Notes: generated by a model not told the origin, from the letters alone. Counted from the stretch's first letter, positions 30,916-41,090 are shown. The stretch: DNA of 64,000 bases from an uncultured delta proteobacterium (GCA_963803975.1 CAWDOY010000005.1:42500-106499), one strand, 5' to 3'. Translations and numbers: made by a program.

Positions 30916-30944
30916 TTATCGCTGTTATCCTTGTTTTTCTTTAG
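30916..30944 (-). promoter_or_regulatory. Possible sigma28-type promoter for the major pilin
   Basis: Minus strand TAAA-N16-AGCGATAA, about 100 nt upstream of the ATG (consensus TAAA-N15/16-GCCGATAA). Confidence 0.35.
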
Positions 30945-31085
30945 TATTACCTGATAGTCCCTCCTTTTATTAATAGTATACTCCAAACAAAAATTTTAAA
31001 CAATTTTTTATATATTTTAAGGCTGTACCCGGGGCCTTTTTAAAAAATCAGTGCCCCTGCTGCCATCTTGTTACCGCCGGATTGC

Positions 31086-32312
31086 TCAGGTTTTCGCAAA
31101 CTTTGTCATATCCCACATGGGCAGAAAAATCGCCAATGCAAAAAACAGTACTGCCGCGCCGAGCACCACGGTCAGCAATGGCTCTATGTAGATTGCAAGC
31201 CTCTTGGTGTCGTTCTCTACCTCCATATCATAAAACTTTGCCACTTTAGACAGCGTCTCATCAAGCATACCGGAGGTTTCCCCTATCGCAACCATCTGTA
31301 TGACCAGGGGGGTAAACAGCTTATTCCGTTTCATGGGCTCGGCAAGACCGGTGCCGCGGTAAACACTTTCCCGTATCGTATCTATTGCCTCGGATATGAT
31401 CACATTGTCAATGGTGCTGGCCGTAATCCGCAGGTTGTCAATGATGGGAAGCCCGCTCTGATTGAGCAACCCTAAAATATGAGTAAACCGGGACAGCGAC
31501 GCCTTCAGAAACAGGGGCCCTAATAGCGGTATTTTAATCTTCAGGCCGTCCCACAGGTGTTTCCCCTGAGACGTCCTGACATACCACGTGATAGCAATGC
31601 TCAAGCCGATAATGACCGCCAGAACATAGAACCAATAATCCTGCATCAGAGTATTCATGGCTATCAGTATCCTGGTGGGCAAAGGCAGTGCAACCTTAAA
31701 CTGCTTAAAGATGTTCACAAATTGCGGTATAACAAAAATCACCACGATAGCAAGCGCCAGGATTAGCGCCGTGACCACCATCTTTGGATAGCGCATGGCG
31801 GTTTTAACTTTTTCCCGGGTTTCTGCTTCATGTTCCGCCATCTCGGCAATGCGCAGAAAAATCTCCTCCAGCTTTCCCGAGGCCTCGCCGGCACGAATCA
31901 TATTTACATAAACCGCGGGAAATAGTTTCGGATGTTTCGCCAGGCTTTCTGACAGGCTGCTGCCGCCTTCGATGTCCCGGCAGGCCTGTTCCAGAATTTT
32001 TTTAAATTGCTCATTCTTCATCTGCTGCGATATTGTTTTCAGGCTCTCAAGCAGCGGCACCCCGGCCCCTATCAGGGTAGATATCTGGAAGGTAAAAAAT
32101 ATTATATCTTCGGGCGGAATGCTGCGCACAAAAAAATCAGCTATCTTCAGCAGCGATGATGTCGGCTGCTCTTTAACCGCTATGGGTATGTAGCCCAGGC
32201 TATCAAGGTGCGCACCGGCAAGTTCTATAGTGGAAGATTCCACCGTACCACTGATGGCGGTGCCTTTTTGATCGCGCGCTTTATAACTGAAAACGGTCAC
32301 CAATAACCTCAA
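31086..32312 (-). CDS. mshG: GspF/PilC/MshG inner-membrane platform protein
   Basis: FSYKARD start, AGVPLLESL, AGEASGKLEE, MVAIGETSGMLD, IEP...IFLPM. Confidence 0.92.
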   Translation of the reverse strand: MRLLVTVFSYKARDQKGTAISGTVESSTIELAGAHLDSLGYIPIAVKEQPTSSLLKIADFFVRSIPPEDIIFFTFQISTLIGAGVPLLESLKTISQQMKNEQFKKILEQACRDIEGGSSLSESLAKHPKLFPAVYVNMIRAGEASGKLEEIFLRIAEMAEHEAETREKVKTAMRYPKMVVTALILALAIVVIFVIPQFVNIFKQFKVALPLPTRILIAMNTLMQDYWFYVLAVIIGLSIAITWYVRTSQGKHLWDGLKIKIPLLGPLFLKASLSRFTHILGLLNQSGLPIIDNLRITASTIDNVIISEAIDTIRESVYRGTGLAEPMKRNKLFTPLVIQMVAIGETSGMLDETLSKVAKFYDMEVENDTKRLAIYIEPLLTVVLGAAVLFFALAIFLPMWDMTKFAKT

Positions 32313-32318
32313 CGATAT

Positions 32319-32404
32319 GAGTTATGGAGTTCAAGAGTTGTTGCGTTTCATTTTCGTTATGCTTTTTAACTCCGGCACTCCTCAACTCCTTGACCCCTTA
32401 ACTC
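32319..32404. repeat. Convergent arrays of 8-bp repeats (GAGTTnnn x3, then AACTCnnn x5)
   Basis: GAGTTATG GAGTTCAA GAGTTG ... AACTCCGG CACTCCTC AACTCCTT GACCCCTT AAACTC. Confidence 0.7.
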
Positions 32405-32772
32405 TATTGCATATGCTTCTGTATCATCGCAATCAGGGTGTCCATATCAAACGGCTTCGTGATATAGCCATCTGCTCCCGTTTCAATGCCGGTGATGCGT
32501 TCAGAATCCTGGGTTTTTGCCGTGAGCATGATGATCGGGATGTGCTGATATTTTTCGTCAAATTTCAAAAGGCGCGACACCTTATAGCCGTTCATTTTCG
32601 GCAGCATGACATCAAGGATGATAAGACCGGGATTCTCGGTGCGGGCTTTTTTCAGAGCTTCTATGCCGTCGCCGGCGGAGATACAATCATACCCCTCCTG
32701 CTGCAGACGGAAGCTTATGGTATCAATAATATCGCTTTCATCATCGACGATTAAAATCTTTTTATTCTTCAC
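32404..32772 (-). CDS. Single-domain response regulator
   Basis: ILIVDDE, LDVMLP, MLTA, YITKPF; 122 aa. Confidence 0.92.
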   Translation of the reverse strand: MKNKKILIVDDESDIIDTISFRLQQEGYDCISAGDGIEALKKARTENPGLIILDVMLPKMNGYKVSRLLKFDEKYQHIPIIMLTAKTQDSERITGIETGADGYITKPFDMDTLIAMIQKHMQ

Positions 32773-34270
32773 GTGCTTCTCCTCTGGCCATGGCTAACGC
32801 TGTTCTGAACAACTCGCGCTGGGTCTGGGCATCATCCGGATATACGGCAATGCCAAAGCGAAACCGCACCGGAGCATTCAGGGCTTCGCCCAGGGGACGC
32901 AAAATCTTCTCGGCATTCCGCTCTATTCTTTCGCATATGACCTCAGCGCCAATCTTTTGGGTCTCACAAATAACAACCAGTATTTCTCCCTTGTTATGGG
33001 AGATAAAAAGATCTGCAGGATGATAGAGACTGTGTTTAACCGAGGATTCCAGTTCTGTTAGAACCTTTTGGGCCTCCTGCTCTCCGCAGTGCTTCTGCAT
33101 GGCTTCAAAATTCTCAATAAAAATTGCAATCAGGGATAATGAACTCTGATTTTTCCGGGCCCGCTGAAACTCCCGGTCAAAAAGCAAACGGAGGTTTGCA
33201 TCCCTGCGCTCCCCTTCATAGCTGGGTATGGTAAAACAGAACCTGCTGCCGCTGGGCACATTGCTTTCAACATGAATCTGTCCGCCGTGGCGTTCAACCA
33301 GTTTTTTTACCACCGCCAACCCCAGCCCCATACCCTCTTCCTCAACCTCCATGGCCCGGTTGATACGGTAAAATGTATTAAATATAAGTTCCCGCTTATT
33401 CTCCGGAACACCAATGCCGGTATCTGCCACCACTATTTCCACCATTGACTGCTCGTAATTATCCCGTACCTGCACATGCACTTCTTGTGCGGTGATACTG
33501 ATAGAACCTCCTTCCGCACTATATTTCAGTGCATTGTCGACAAGATTTACAAAAATTTGCTCTACTTTGGAAATATCGGCAAGAATTTGGGGAAGTTGAG
33601 AGGGAATATCAACGGTTAACGATGTTTTTTTCAGTCCGGCCCGCTCCCTGAATTCTTCAATAACCGGAAGCACAATGTCTCGTACGGTATGGATCTTAAA
33701 CTCAAACGGCATCTTATCGAGGGTGATTTTTGACAGGTCCAGGTATTCGTTGACCAGGGTGGCTATACGGTTGGCATTGCGCATGGCTATTTTGAGAAAA
33801 TTCTCCTGCGCGGCGGTCAAATCTCCCGCTGCCCTGGTAGAGAGTATCTCAAGGGCATTTTTCATGGCAGTAAGCGGGTTGCGGAGTTCATGGGAGGCAA
33901 TAGAAACAAAATCGGTTTTTATTTCCTCCGTATGTTTCAATAAGTGGCAATTCTTTAAAAACAGAGCCACACCGCTTTTGTGGGTATTGGTGTAGAGAGG
34001 AAGCACCGAAATGTTATAGGTTATATTCTTGACCAGCACCTCCTTTTCAGTATCTTCCAGAAAGCTTAACGGATCAAAAGACAGGAGGTAGAGAAGCTTT
34101 TCATAGAAGGAAAGCGAGGTCTTGTTGCTGTTCAGCAGCTGCCGTGCCGCTGAGTTTGCAAAAAGCGGCTCTCCCGCAGTATCAATAATAATGAGACCAT
34201 CCGGCAGCGTCTCCAGGGCTTTTTGCAGCAGTTCAATCAAGACCGGCGAAAAAAGAGTATCTGTTGTCAT
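32762..34270 (-). CDS. Soluble histidine kinase (PAS-like, HisKA, HATPase) with a degenerate C-terminal GGDEF-like domain
   Basis: ASHELRNPL, NLVDNALKY, DTGIG, GLGL; tail REFQRARK..SLIAI...SHNKGEI...FGIAVYP...A..A resembles GGDEF without the GG(D/E)EF signature. Confidence 0.85.
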   Translation of the reverse strand: MTTDTLFSPVLIELLQKALETLPDGLIIIDTAGEPLFANSAARQLLNSNKTSLSFYEKLLYLLSFDPLSFLEDTEKEVLVKNITYNISVLPLYTNTHKSGVALFLKNCHLLKHTEEIKTDFVSIASHELRNPLTAMKNALEILSTRAAGDLTAAQENFLKIAMRNANRIATLVNEYLDLSKITLDKMPFEFKIHTVRDIVLPVIEEFRERAGLKKTSLTVDIPSQLPQILADISKVEQIFVNLVDNALKYSAEGGSISITAQEVHVQVRDNYEQSMVEIVVADTGIGVPENKRELIFNTFYRINRAMEVEEEGMGLGLAVVKKLVERHGGQIHVESNVPSGSRFCFTIPSYEGERRDANLRLLFDREFQRARKNQSSLSLIAIFIENFEAMQKHCGEQEAQKVLTELESSVKHSLYHPADLFISHNKGEILVVICETQKIGAEVICERIERNAEKILRPLGEALNAPVRFRFGIAVYPDDAQTQRELFRTALAMARGEAREE

Positions 34271-34276
34271 TGCTGG

Positions 34277-35186
34277 TTAACTGGCAGTTGTTTGTCCCTG
34301 GTATCTCTTTTTGAGAGCGTTTAAGGTGTTCAGGTAATCGGTGCGGTAGAGAAGTCCCCGCTGGTTTTCAATATCATCGATGGCGGAATCAAGCGGCTGC
34401 CTGATATCAATGCCGTATTTGTTCAAGCCCTGCTCGTTTGCTTTATCAAGAATGACAATACAATAGTAGAGCACTACCGTCCTTATTTTCGAGTCCCGGC
34501 GCGCAAGATATGAATGCCCGGCAATGGTCGTGAGAAAAAAACCTGCATAGTCATAGAGCGCCTCTGCTGAAAGGCGCGCGCTGTTCTGCTCTGCGCATTC
34601 CTGCCACGGGCTGGTCCATGCAAAAAACAGTTTTATTGTCGGCTCCATAAGGGCTGATTCTTTAGTCAATAGTGCCCTGCACCAGCTGTATATTCTTAGC
34701 TCCCAGTACCCGGTAGAAGTAGGAAATATTTCTCATCAGGGTATATAAATCCTGTGTTTCACCGCTTATCAGGGGCCTGTTTTTTTCCAGCAGCGCTACG
34801 GCCTTCTGGTACTGGTCGTAGGCATTGCCCTCAATAGAGCGGGCTTTGAGGTAACCGTTCTGATCAAGGTAGCTGAAAAATTTGAGCGCCCGGGCTTTTG
34901 CCTCCTCACAGCTGTCTGCTTTCTCCGTTTGTGCAGCAGACAGCGTTTTGCCAAAGGCGTCGTTCAGTTTTTCCTGGGGAATCGCCGGCTCTGTCTTTTT
35001 TATCTCTTCCTTCAGAGAACTGACTTCGCTTTCAAGCTGCTTGGTCTTTTGCTCCCAGGCTTTTTTTTCTTCTTCAACAGCCGGACGGGAAATGGTATCA
35101 ACAATGGTTTTTTGGGAAAAATAGACTGCGCCGGCAGCTGCAACTATCATAATAACCAACAGCATAACAACCGTGTTTTTTTTCAT
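34277..35186 (-). CDS. Hypothetical membrane-anchored coiled-coil protein; frameshift near 34670
   Basis: ORFs 34662..35186 and 34277..34669 overlap and appear to join (...GTI-TKESALMEP); N-terminal TM; RBS GGAGGAG. Confidence 0.65.
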
Positions 35187-35219
35187 CGTTCGTCTCCTCC
35201 TCTGCTTCAGAACACTGCC

Positions 35220-36646
35220 TTAGGCACTATTATGCAGCACCATAATCTTGATTTCGGTCATCTCCTCAATGGCATAGCGCACCCCTTCCCGTCCCAGCCC
35301 GGAGTGTTTAACACCGCCGTAGGGGAAATTATCAACCCGAAAGGTCGGCACCTCGTTTATCATGACCCCGCCCACATCCAGCCGGTTGAAAGCAGTAATC
35401 GCCTTGTCAATGTTTTTGGTAAAAACACCGGCCTGCAGGCCATAGATGGAATCGTTTACTTCGCGAATTGCTTCGTCAAAATTTTTATAGGAGCACAGAA
35501 CCGTAACCGGTGCAAACAGTTCGCTGCTTACACAGCGCGCGCCCTTTGGAACATCTGCAAGTACGGTTGGCTGATAGATGGTTCCCTCATAAAATCCGCC
35601 CGTGAGGACTGTTCCTCCCAGCTGCTGTGCTTCTTCAATCCATTCCTGCACGCGCTTGACCTCGGCCGGGCTGATGAGAGGGCCGACATCTGTTTCCGGA
35701 AGCAGGGGGTCCCCGGTCTTGAGCTTTTTGACCCTTGCCACAAATTCCCTGGTAAATTCTTCATATATTGTTTCATGGATATAAATGCGCTGCACGGATA
35801 TGCAGACCTGGCCGGCGAAGACATAGCCGCCAAAAACACAGCGCTCGACAGCGGTGTGCAGATCAGCATCAGGCTCTATAATGACTCCTGCATTTCCCCC
35901 CAGTTCCAGGGCAACCTTCTTTTTCCCTGCCTGTGCCCTGATAGTCCATCCCACCTCAGGGCTTCCGGTAAAGCTGATCATTTTTATGCGCTCGTCTGCG
36001 ATCAGGGATTCCGCAACATCAGGGGTGCACGGAATAACATTAACCATGCCGGCAGGCATGCCGGCTTCCTGCAGAAGTTCTCCAAGCCGCAGGGCAGTCA
36101 GGGGAGCAGCAGATGATGGTTTATGCACAACGGTATTGCCTGCCGCAATGGCGGGGGCTATTTTGTGGGCTACCAGGTTGAGCGGAAAGTTGAACGGTGT
36201 AATCGCCAGCACCGGTCCGAGCGGAAACCGTCTGGTTATACCAATCCGGTTGCCGGCGTCCGGCGCAATATCAAGAGGCAAAACTTCTCCAATAATCCGC
36301 AATGCCTCTTCTGCAGCCAGCTGAAATACCATCGCCGCCCGTGACACTTCAACTCTTGCCGCCTTTATCGGCTTGCCGGCTTCCAAGGGCAATGGTTTCA
36401 GCAAGCGCGTCACCATGCTTTGTTATGAGTTCAGCAGTCTTTCTGAGTAGTGCCGCCCGCTGATAGGCAGGCTGACTTTCGGCAAACCGCAAAAGCTGCA
36501 TGGGCTGCTTCAACCGCTTGCGCTGCTTCTGCTATTGATGCCCTGCTGACATGCGCGATTACTTCCAGGGTATAGGGGTTTTTCAGAACAATCGTATCGT
36601 TTGTTTTCACCCGGCTATTATTTATCAGCAGCAGATTCTCTTGCAT
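35220..36646 (-). CDS. Aldehyde dehydrogenase family protein; frameshift(s) near 36380-36470
   Basis: ITPFNFP, FTGS, LELGGN, GQVCIS, ELFAP, PYGGVKHSGLGREG; N-terminus (NPYTLEVI) is in ORF 36431..36664. Confidence 0.9.
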
Positions 36647-36758
36647 GTTTGATTCCCTGAACATTGCCGCTTTTGACTTTAAAAAATATTAAAATAATAG
36701 TCAAATGTTATTTTATGTAATAAATTTTCCATTAATTTACCATGTGGCAAAAGGCAAT

Positions 36759-36800
36759 AAAAAAGGAGTTCTGTAATTAATGTAACAGAACTCCTTTTTT
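36759..36800. terminator. Bidirectional intrinsic terminator
   Basis: AAAAAAGGAGTTCTGT-loop-ACAGAACTCCTTTTTT, 20 nt after the HTH gene stop. Confidence 0.85.
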
Positions 36801-36820
36801 AGAGCTTCGAATTAAATTCG

Positions 36821-37006
36821 TTATGACATCATCTTTTCAATGTTGCTCTTGCTGAAGCGCCAGGACCCACCTACACGGAATCCTGGTAATGATCCATCTT
36901 TTGCCAGCTTATAGACGGTAATTTTAGACAGTTTTAAATACTCTGCCACTTCGTCTGCTGTCAGAATAGAGGATTCAGAATTCAGCTCTTTGTTTTTTCT
37001 TCTCAT
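36821..37006 (-). CDS. Small excisionase-like HTH protein
   Basis: ILTADEVAEYLKLSKITVYKLAKDGSLPGFRVGGSWRF; RBS AAGGAG before the ATG at 37006. Confidence 0.9.
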   Translation of the reverse strand: MRRKNKELNSESSILTADEVAEYLKLSKITVYKLAKDGSLPGFRVGGSWRFSKSNIEKMMS

Positions 37007-37348
37007 CTGACATCTCTCCTTTCGAATTCTTTTTTCCCTCACTTGTTATATAACGTATAACATAAAAAATAATTATTGTAAATATAAATTTTTATTATGC
37101 AGGCTTAGATTGCATTTTTATTATTAAATACAATTTGATGCACAAGAAAATGTTTCCTATTGGCTTAACAAGACGAAATGAACAACTATTTGGGCATGAC
37201 AACCTATTATTTATCTTAAATTTTTCTTAACGTAGCGTTAAAGCAGGTAACTATTCCTATTCATGCAAATTATTACTCATAGTTATGGATAGTTTTTAAA
37301 ACTGCCTGTTTTTTTCTATGCCTCTTTGCAGAGGCAGCCGCAAGCCCA

Positions 37349-38530
37349 TTAAATTCTCCCGGTAAGCAGCAGCACCTTAAGCCCCCCATGAAATAAATGA
37401 TGGGTGGCGAGACCGTCAAAGGGGGTTCTGTCAAGCAAGGATACATCAGGAACAAGTAATGCCAGTTTCCATCCTGCATATGATCGCTGCAGTTTCCCGC
37501 ATAGTTCGGTAAAAAGGCCCGCAGCCGCCTCTCTCTCACCTATGCGCATCCCGTAAGGAGGATTCAAAACCACCAGCCCGGTTCTTTTGGTAACGTCTGC
37601 GGGCTCGAGTTTGAAAAAATCCTGACACATAACCTGCGCTGCATCAGTGAGATGATAGCGATCCACACAGGCTTTAAGTTCCGCGCAGACAGCGCCGTCC
37701 CGGTCAGAAGCAAAAATCTGCGGTTCAGTTTTTTCAGCAAATATTGCTTCGCTCTGCCGCCGCATATAGTGCCAGCGTTCAGGTAAAAAGCTTGGCCAGC
37801 CCATAAAAGCAAAACTCCTGAACCAGCCGGCGGGGATATGTTTAACCAGCATGGCAGCTTCGAGAGAAAAAGTCCCTGAGCCGCACATCGGGTCGATAAG
37901 CGGTTCGTTTTCCGTAAAGCCTGCGATCTTTAGTATTGCTGCTGCAATGGTTTCTCGCAGGGGCGCAGCGGCACGATGGCTTTTCAAGCCCCGCTTGTGA
38001 AGCAGCTCGCCACTGCTGTCAAGAGAAACAATAAAATGATCATCAACAATGCGCACAAAAATCTGCTGGCCGGCAGCATCAATGGACCCTGCCTCCGGTG
38101 CGTATGCTGCAAGGCGCGGTGCTATCTTTTCCATAAAACATTCGGCAACTGCCCCCTTATGATAGAGCCGTGAATGCCGGGATGTTACGTGTACCTTGAG
38201 CGTGCTGGTGCGGGGAAGATACAGTTCCCAGGGAATCCCGGATATCTTTTTACCCAGCCGCTGAAAGTTTGAGGATTTAAACCGGGCAACGCGCATGATA
38301 ATACGGTTTGCCAGGCGCAGGTGAAGGTTTGCCAGGTAGCAGTCATGCAGGCGGCCGGTGAATTCGATGCCGCCTTCGACAATAGCGGCTTTTTGAGAGG
38401 AAAGCGGAAGCTGCAGCAGCTCATCATAGCAGAGCTGTTCGAGGCCGGGAGCAGTCACTATGAAAAATTCCTGCCCGCGGCCGATTATATGTCGCTTGAT
38501 GCGCTTTTCAAAGCTGGTCAATGGTGCCAT
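37349..38530 (-). CDS. THUMP-domain SAM-dependent RNA methyltransferase (RlmL/YpsC-like)
   Basis: APGLE, LDSSGELLHKRG, APLRETIAAA, DPMCGSGT, NPPYG; likely start at 38530. Confidence 0.9.
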   Translation of the reverse strand: MAPLTSFEKRIKRHIIGRGQEFFIVTAPGLEQLCYDELLQLPLSSQKAAIVEGGIEFTGRLHDCYLANLHLRLANRIIMRVARFKSSNFQRLGKKISGIPWELYLPRTSTLKVHVTSRHSRLYHKGAVAECFMEKIAPRLAAYAPEAGSIDAAGQQIFVRIVDDHFIVSLDSSGELLHKRGLKSHRAAAPLRETIAAAILKIAGFTENEPLIDPMCGSGTFSLEAAMLVKHIPAGWFRSFAFMGWPSFLPERWHYMRRQSEAIFAEKTEPQIFASDRDGAVCAELKACVDRYHLTDAAQVMCQDFFKLEPADVTKRTGLVVLNPPYGMRIGEREAAAGLFTELCGKLQRSYAGWKLALLVPDVSLLDRTPFDGLATHHLFHGGLKVLLLTGRI

Positions 38531-38594
38531 TGCGGGGCTCTTTGCTTCCCGACAGCCACGCCGGGCTGTTTTTTTTAAGAGAGTATCATAGTCT

Positions 38595-39530
38595 TCACAG
38601 CCCGCGCAGAAAATCAATGCCCGACTGGTAGGCAGTATGCAGAATGCCGGGGTGATTCTTTACCACGCCCTTGCCGTGCTTTTTCCCCCTGGTACCTGAC
38701 AGGGTCAGCACTTCGGTTGTCTCCACGCCATGCAGCCTGAGCAGTATTACCATGTTCTCTACAATGTTATCATAGGCAACAGGGTTGGGCCACATCCACG
38801 AGCACACCACCACCCCTTTTTTCCCGCCCGGCATCCTGCGGGTCAGGAACGGGTTGGCGAAACAGTCCCAGCGGTCCATAAAGTTTGCCATGATAGAGTT
38901 CTCCCGGGCCGTATAGATGGGAAACCCCGCGACAATCCCGTCCATGGCGTACATTTTATCGTACATGAACTCGGTCATGTCATCCTTTACCGCGCAGATG
39001 GTTTTCACGTCAACCTTTCTGCAGGCCCTGCAGCCGCTGCAGGGCTTTATGTTCAGGTCACCGAGATACAGCTTCTCAACCTCCGCGCCGTTATCCGCGC
39101 AGGCCCGCAGCAGCTCATCAATCATGACATCGGTGTTGCCGCCCTTGCGCGGGCTTGAGTTGACGGCCAATATTTTTTTGCCCGGAGGCACGGGCGTAGC
39201 AGCGCCGGTCCCGCCTGACCAGCGGGTAATGGTCAGGGGCTCGGCGCCGGGCTCGATGTTTTCCTGGTCGCGCGACGACGCCGCGTATGCTTTCATCGCT
39301 TCAAGATCCTTCACCCGCAAAATCAGCGGCTCGTAGCCGCCGGGGAAGACCTCGTAGACAGACCTCCAGAAGATATCATCAGTCACCGCTGATGAGCCTT
39401 CATAGGCTGCAATCTTTTCTGCATTGTAGATAAGCCGCTGCCGCCAGCGGTTGCGGATGATTGCGGGGAATATTTCACACAGCGCGTCAGTTTTTTCCAT
39501 TAGCCCTGCCTGCCATTGAAGCCTGTCCAT
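38595..39530 (-). CDS. Iron-sulfur flavoprotein-like (flavodoxin fold) protein with an extra N-terminal helical domain
   Basis: SSPRKGGNT FMN loop, CSGCRAC...C, P.Y, FMDRW; N-terminus W...P..IR.......AEK.A......VT resembles the PCP_red/DUF2621-type small domain. Confidence 0.8.
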   Translation of the reverse strand: MDRLQWQAGLMEKTDALCEIFPAIIRNRWRQRLIYNAEKIAAYEGSSAVTDDIFWRSVYEVFPGGYEPLILRVKDLEAMKAYAASSRDQENIEPGAEPLTITRWSGGTGAATPVPPGKKILAVNSSPRKGGNTDVMIDELLRACADNGAEVEKLYLGDLNIKPCSGCRACRKVDVKTICAVKDDMTEFMYDKMYAMDGIVAGFPIYTARENSIMANFMDRWDCFANPFLTRRMPGGKKGVVVCSWMWPNPVAYDNIVENMVILLRLHGVETTEVLTLSGTRGKKHGKGVVKNHPGILHTAYQSGIDFLRGL

Positions 39531-39721
39531 GGTAAATCTCCTTCACATGAGTTGATCTATGTATACGAGGTGCGATTGCGGCAAGTTCCGGTCCCAACAA
39601 CTTTTTTCTCCAGGCAGCACTATAGCACAACGCATTGACCGGCAGAATTATAATTTTATCAGCGCGGTATGTATTCTGAAATTTATTGAAATTTGCCCGG
39701 CGTTCCGGTAAAAAGCAGGAT

Positions 39722-39773
39722 GGGTTATGAGTGTTGGAGTTTATTAACTCCTGAACTCTAAACTCCTTAACTC
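39722..39773. repeat. Third copy of the convergent GAGTT/AACTC 8-bp repeat family
   Basis: GAGTGTTG GAGTTTAT then AACTCCTG AACTCTA AACTCCTT AACTC. Confidence 0.65.
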
Positions 39774-39787
39774 AAGTTGTTTTTTTT

Positions 39788-39912
39788 CAGGCTGGTCAAA
39801 AACGTCCGGATGCAAGGCGCGCGAAATCAAGAGGAATGAGGCGTACTGTACCGTACGTCGCAATGACTAAGGATGAGCGCAACAAAGCAGATGGGTGTTT
39901 TTCAACAGCCGG
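39788..39912. mobile_element. ~125-bp MITE-like palindromic element
   Basis: Inverted ends GGCTGGTCAAAAAC / GTTTTTCAACAGCC; central hairpin GCGTAC...GTACGT; non-coding, between divergent genes. Confidence 0.65.
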
Positions 39913-39930
39913 CTAAAAGGAGAAGGTGCC

Positions 39931-40478
39931 ATGGCGTTTCAGGAATTAACCGAAGAGCAGCGAGACAAAATAATCGACGGGATGATCCGGGTGCTGGGCC
40001 TGGAAAGAAAGCATCCATCAAAAGAGGAGCTTGAGGCCGGGATCATCGATTACCTCGGGAAAAAGCAGCCCTGCACGCTTGCCACCTGCGGCGCTGACGG
40101 CATGCCGCATGTGTCGGTGGTTGATTACATGCATGACGGCCTCACCCTGTACATCATGAGCGAGGGCGGCAAAAAGTTTCATAATATCCGGGAAACAACC
40201 ATGTCGGCGTGGGCATCGGCACCTCCACGCACAAGATGCGCTCCATTCGCGGGGTCAATATCTGGGGGATTGCCGATGTTTTTACTGACGACACCCCGGA
40301 ATTTGCCCGGGGGCTTGAGCTGTTCAAACCGATGCTTGACGAAATCACGAAGCTGACCGGCAAGCCGGCCCAGATGCCTAAAGGTATTATGCGGATGATT
40401 CGCGTAACGCCCAAAAGGATAATATACTTTCATTACAATAAAGGTATCGGCAATGCACTCTGGGAAGCCGGAAGCTGA
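39931..40478 (+). CDS. Pyridoxamine-5'-phosphate-oxidase-like split-barrel protein; frameshift near 40195
   Basis: CTLATCGADGMPHVSVV, KKFHNI, then GVNIWGIA...MIRVTPKRI in ORF 40209..40478; RBS AGGAG. Confidence 0.8.
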
Positions 40479-40774
40479 GGTATTTTCCGGGCGAACCCGG
40501 GGTACGCTGGTAACCGGCAGGGATTTTTATTGCTGAAGACTGGCGGTTAATGAAGTGATGGAGGCAAAAAAATCGGAGTGGAACATTTTCAGGTAATCAT
40601 AGTCGGGGCCGGCCCGGCCTGCGCGAAAGTTCTGCATGAGGCGTGAGATATATAAACAAAACACCGCCGGCATAATGAGACACATGCAGCTCTGCAGGCA
40701 GCAGGACCATTTTCTGGCAGGGTAAGACCTGTGTCTGCAAATATTCCATACATTCAAACAAGAGGGCTGCAACA

Positions 40775-41090
40775 ATGATACTATCAAAAATCTATCTGGC
40801 ATGTACTGCTGGCAGTATTGCTTACCGGGTGTTCGGGCTTTATCATGGATGGCCTGAGAAAAGAATATTATCCGGACGGTAAACTTAAATCTGAAATTAA
40901 CTACCGCCAGGCTGCGCGGGACGGTATGTACCGGCTCTATTATGAAAATGGTCAGGTGCAGGCAGCAGGAAACTACCGGGACGGGCTGCAGGAGGGGCCC
41001 TGGAAGATGTATGATGAAAACGGCACGCTACAGTCGGAGGAGACCTACATGCGGGGGAAGCTCATTGACCAAAAAACCTATGGCAGGTAG
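40775..41090 (+). CDS. Small MORN-variant-repeat lipoprotein; frameshift in the signal peptide
   Basis: Lipobox LTGC; repeats YYPDGKL, YYENGQV, YDENGTL with G-x-R/Q-D/E-G. Confidence 0.75.

Noticed and set aside
34929..36116. 395-aa plus-strand ORF and other long antisense ORFs
   Set aside because: Shadow frames of well-supported opposite-strand genes, with no motifs
36821..37006. Prophage or ICE excisionase marking an integrated element
   Set aside because: No integrase, tRNA/att site or phage genes nearby
15707..39773. CRISPR array interpretation of the short repeats
   Set aside because: Units are 8 bp with no unique spacers, and there are no cas genes
40775..41090. YwqK-type antitoxin of a toxin-antitoxin pair
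   Set aside because: Has a lipobox and no adjacent toxin; MORN-variant repeats are generic
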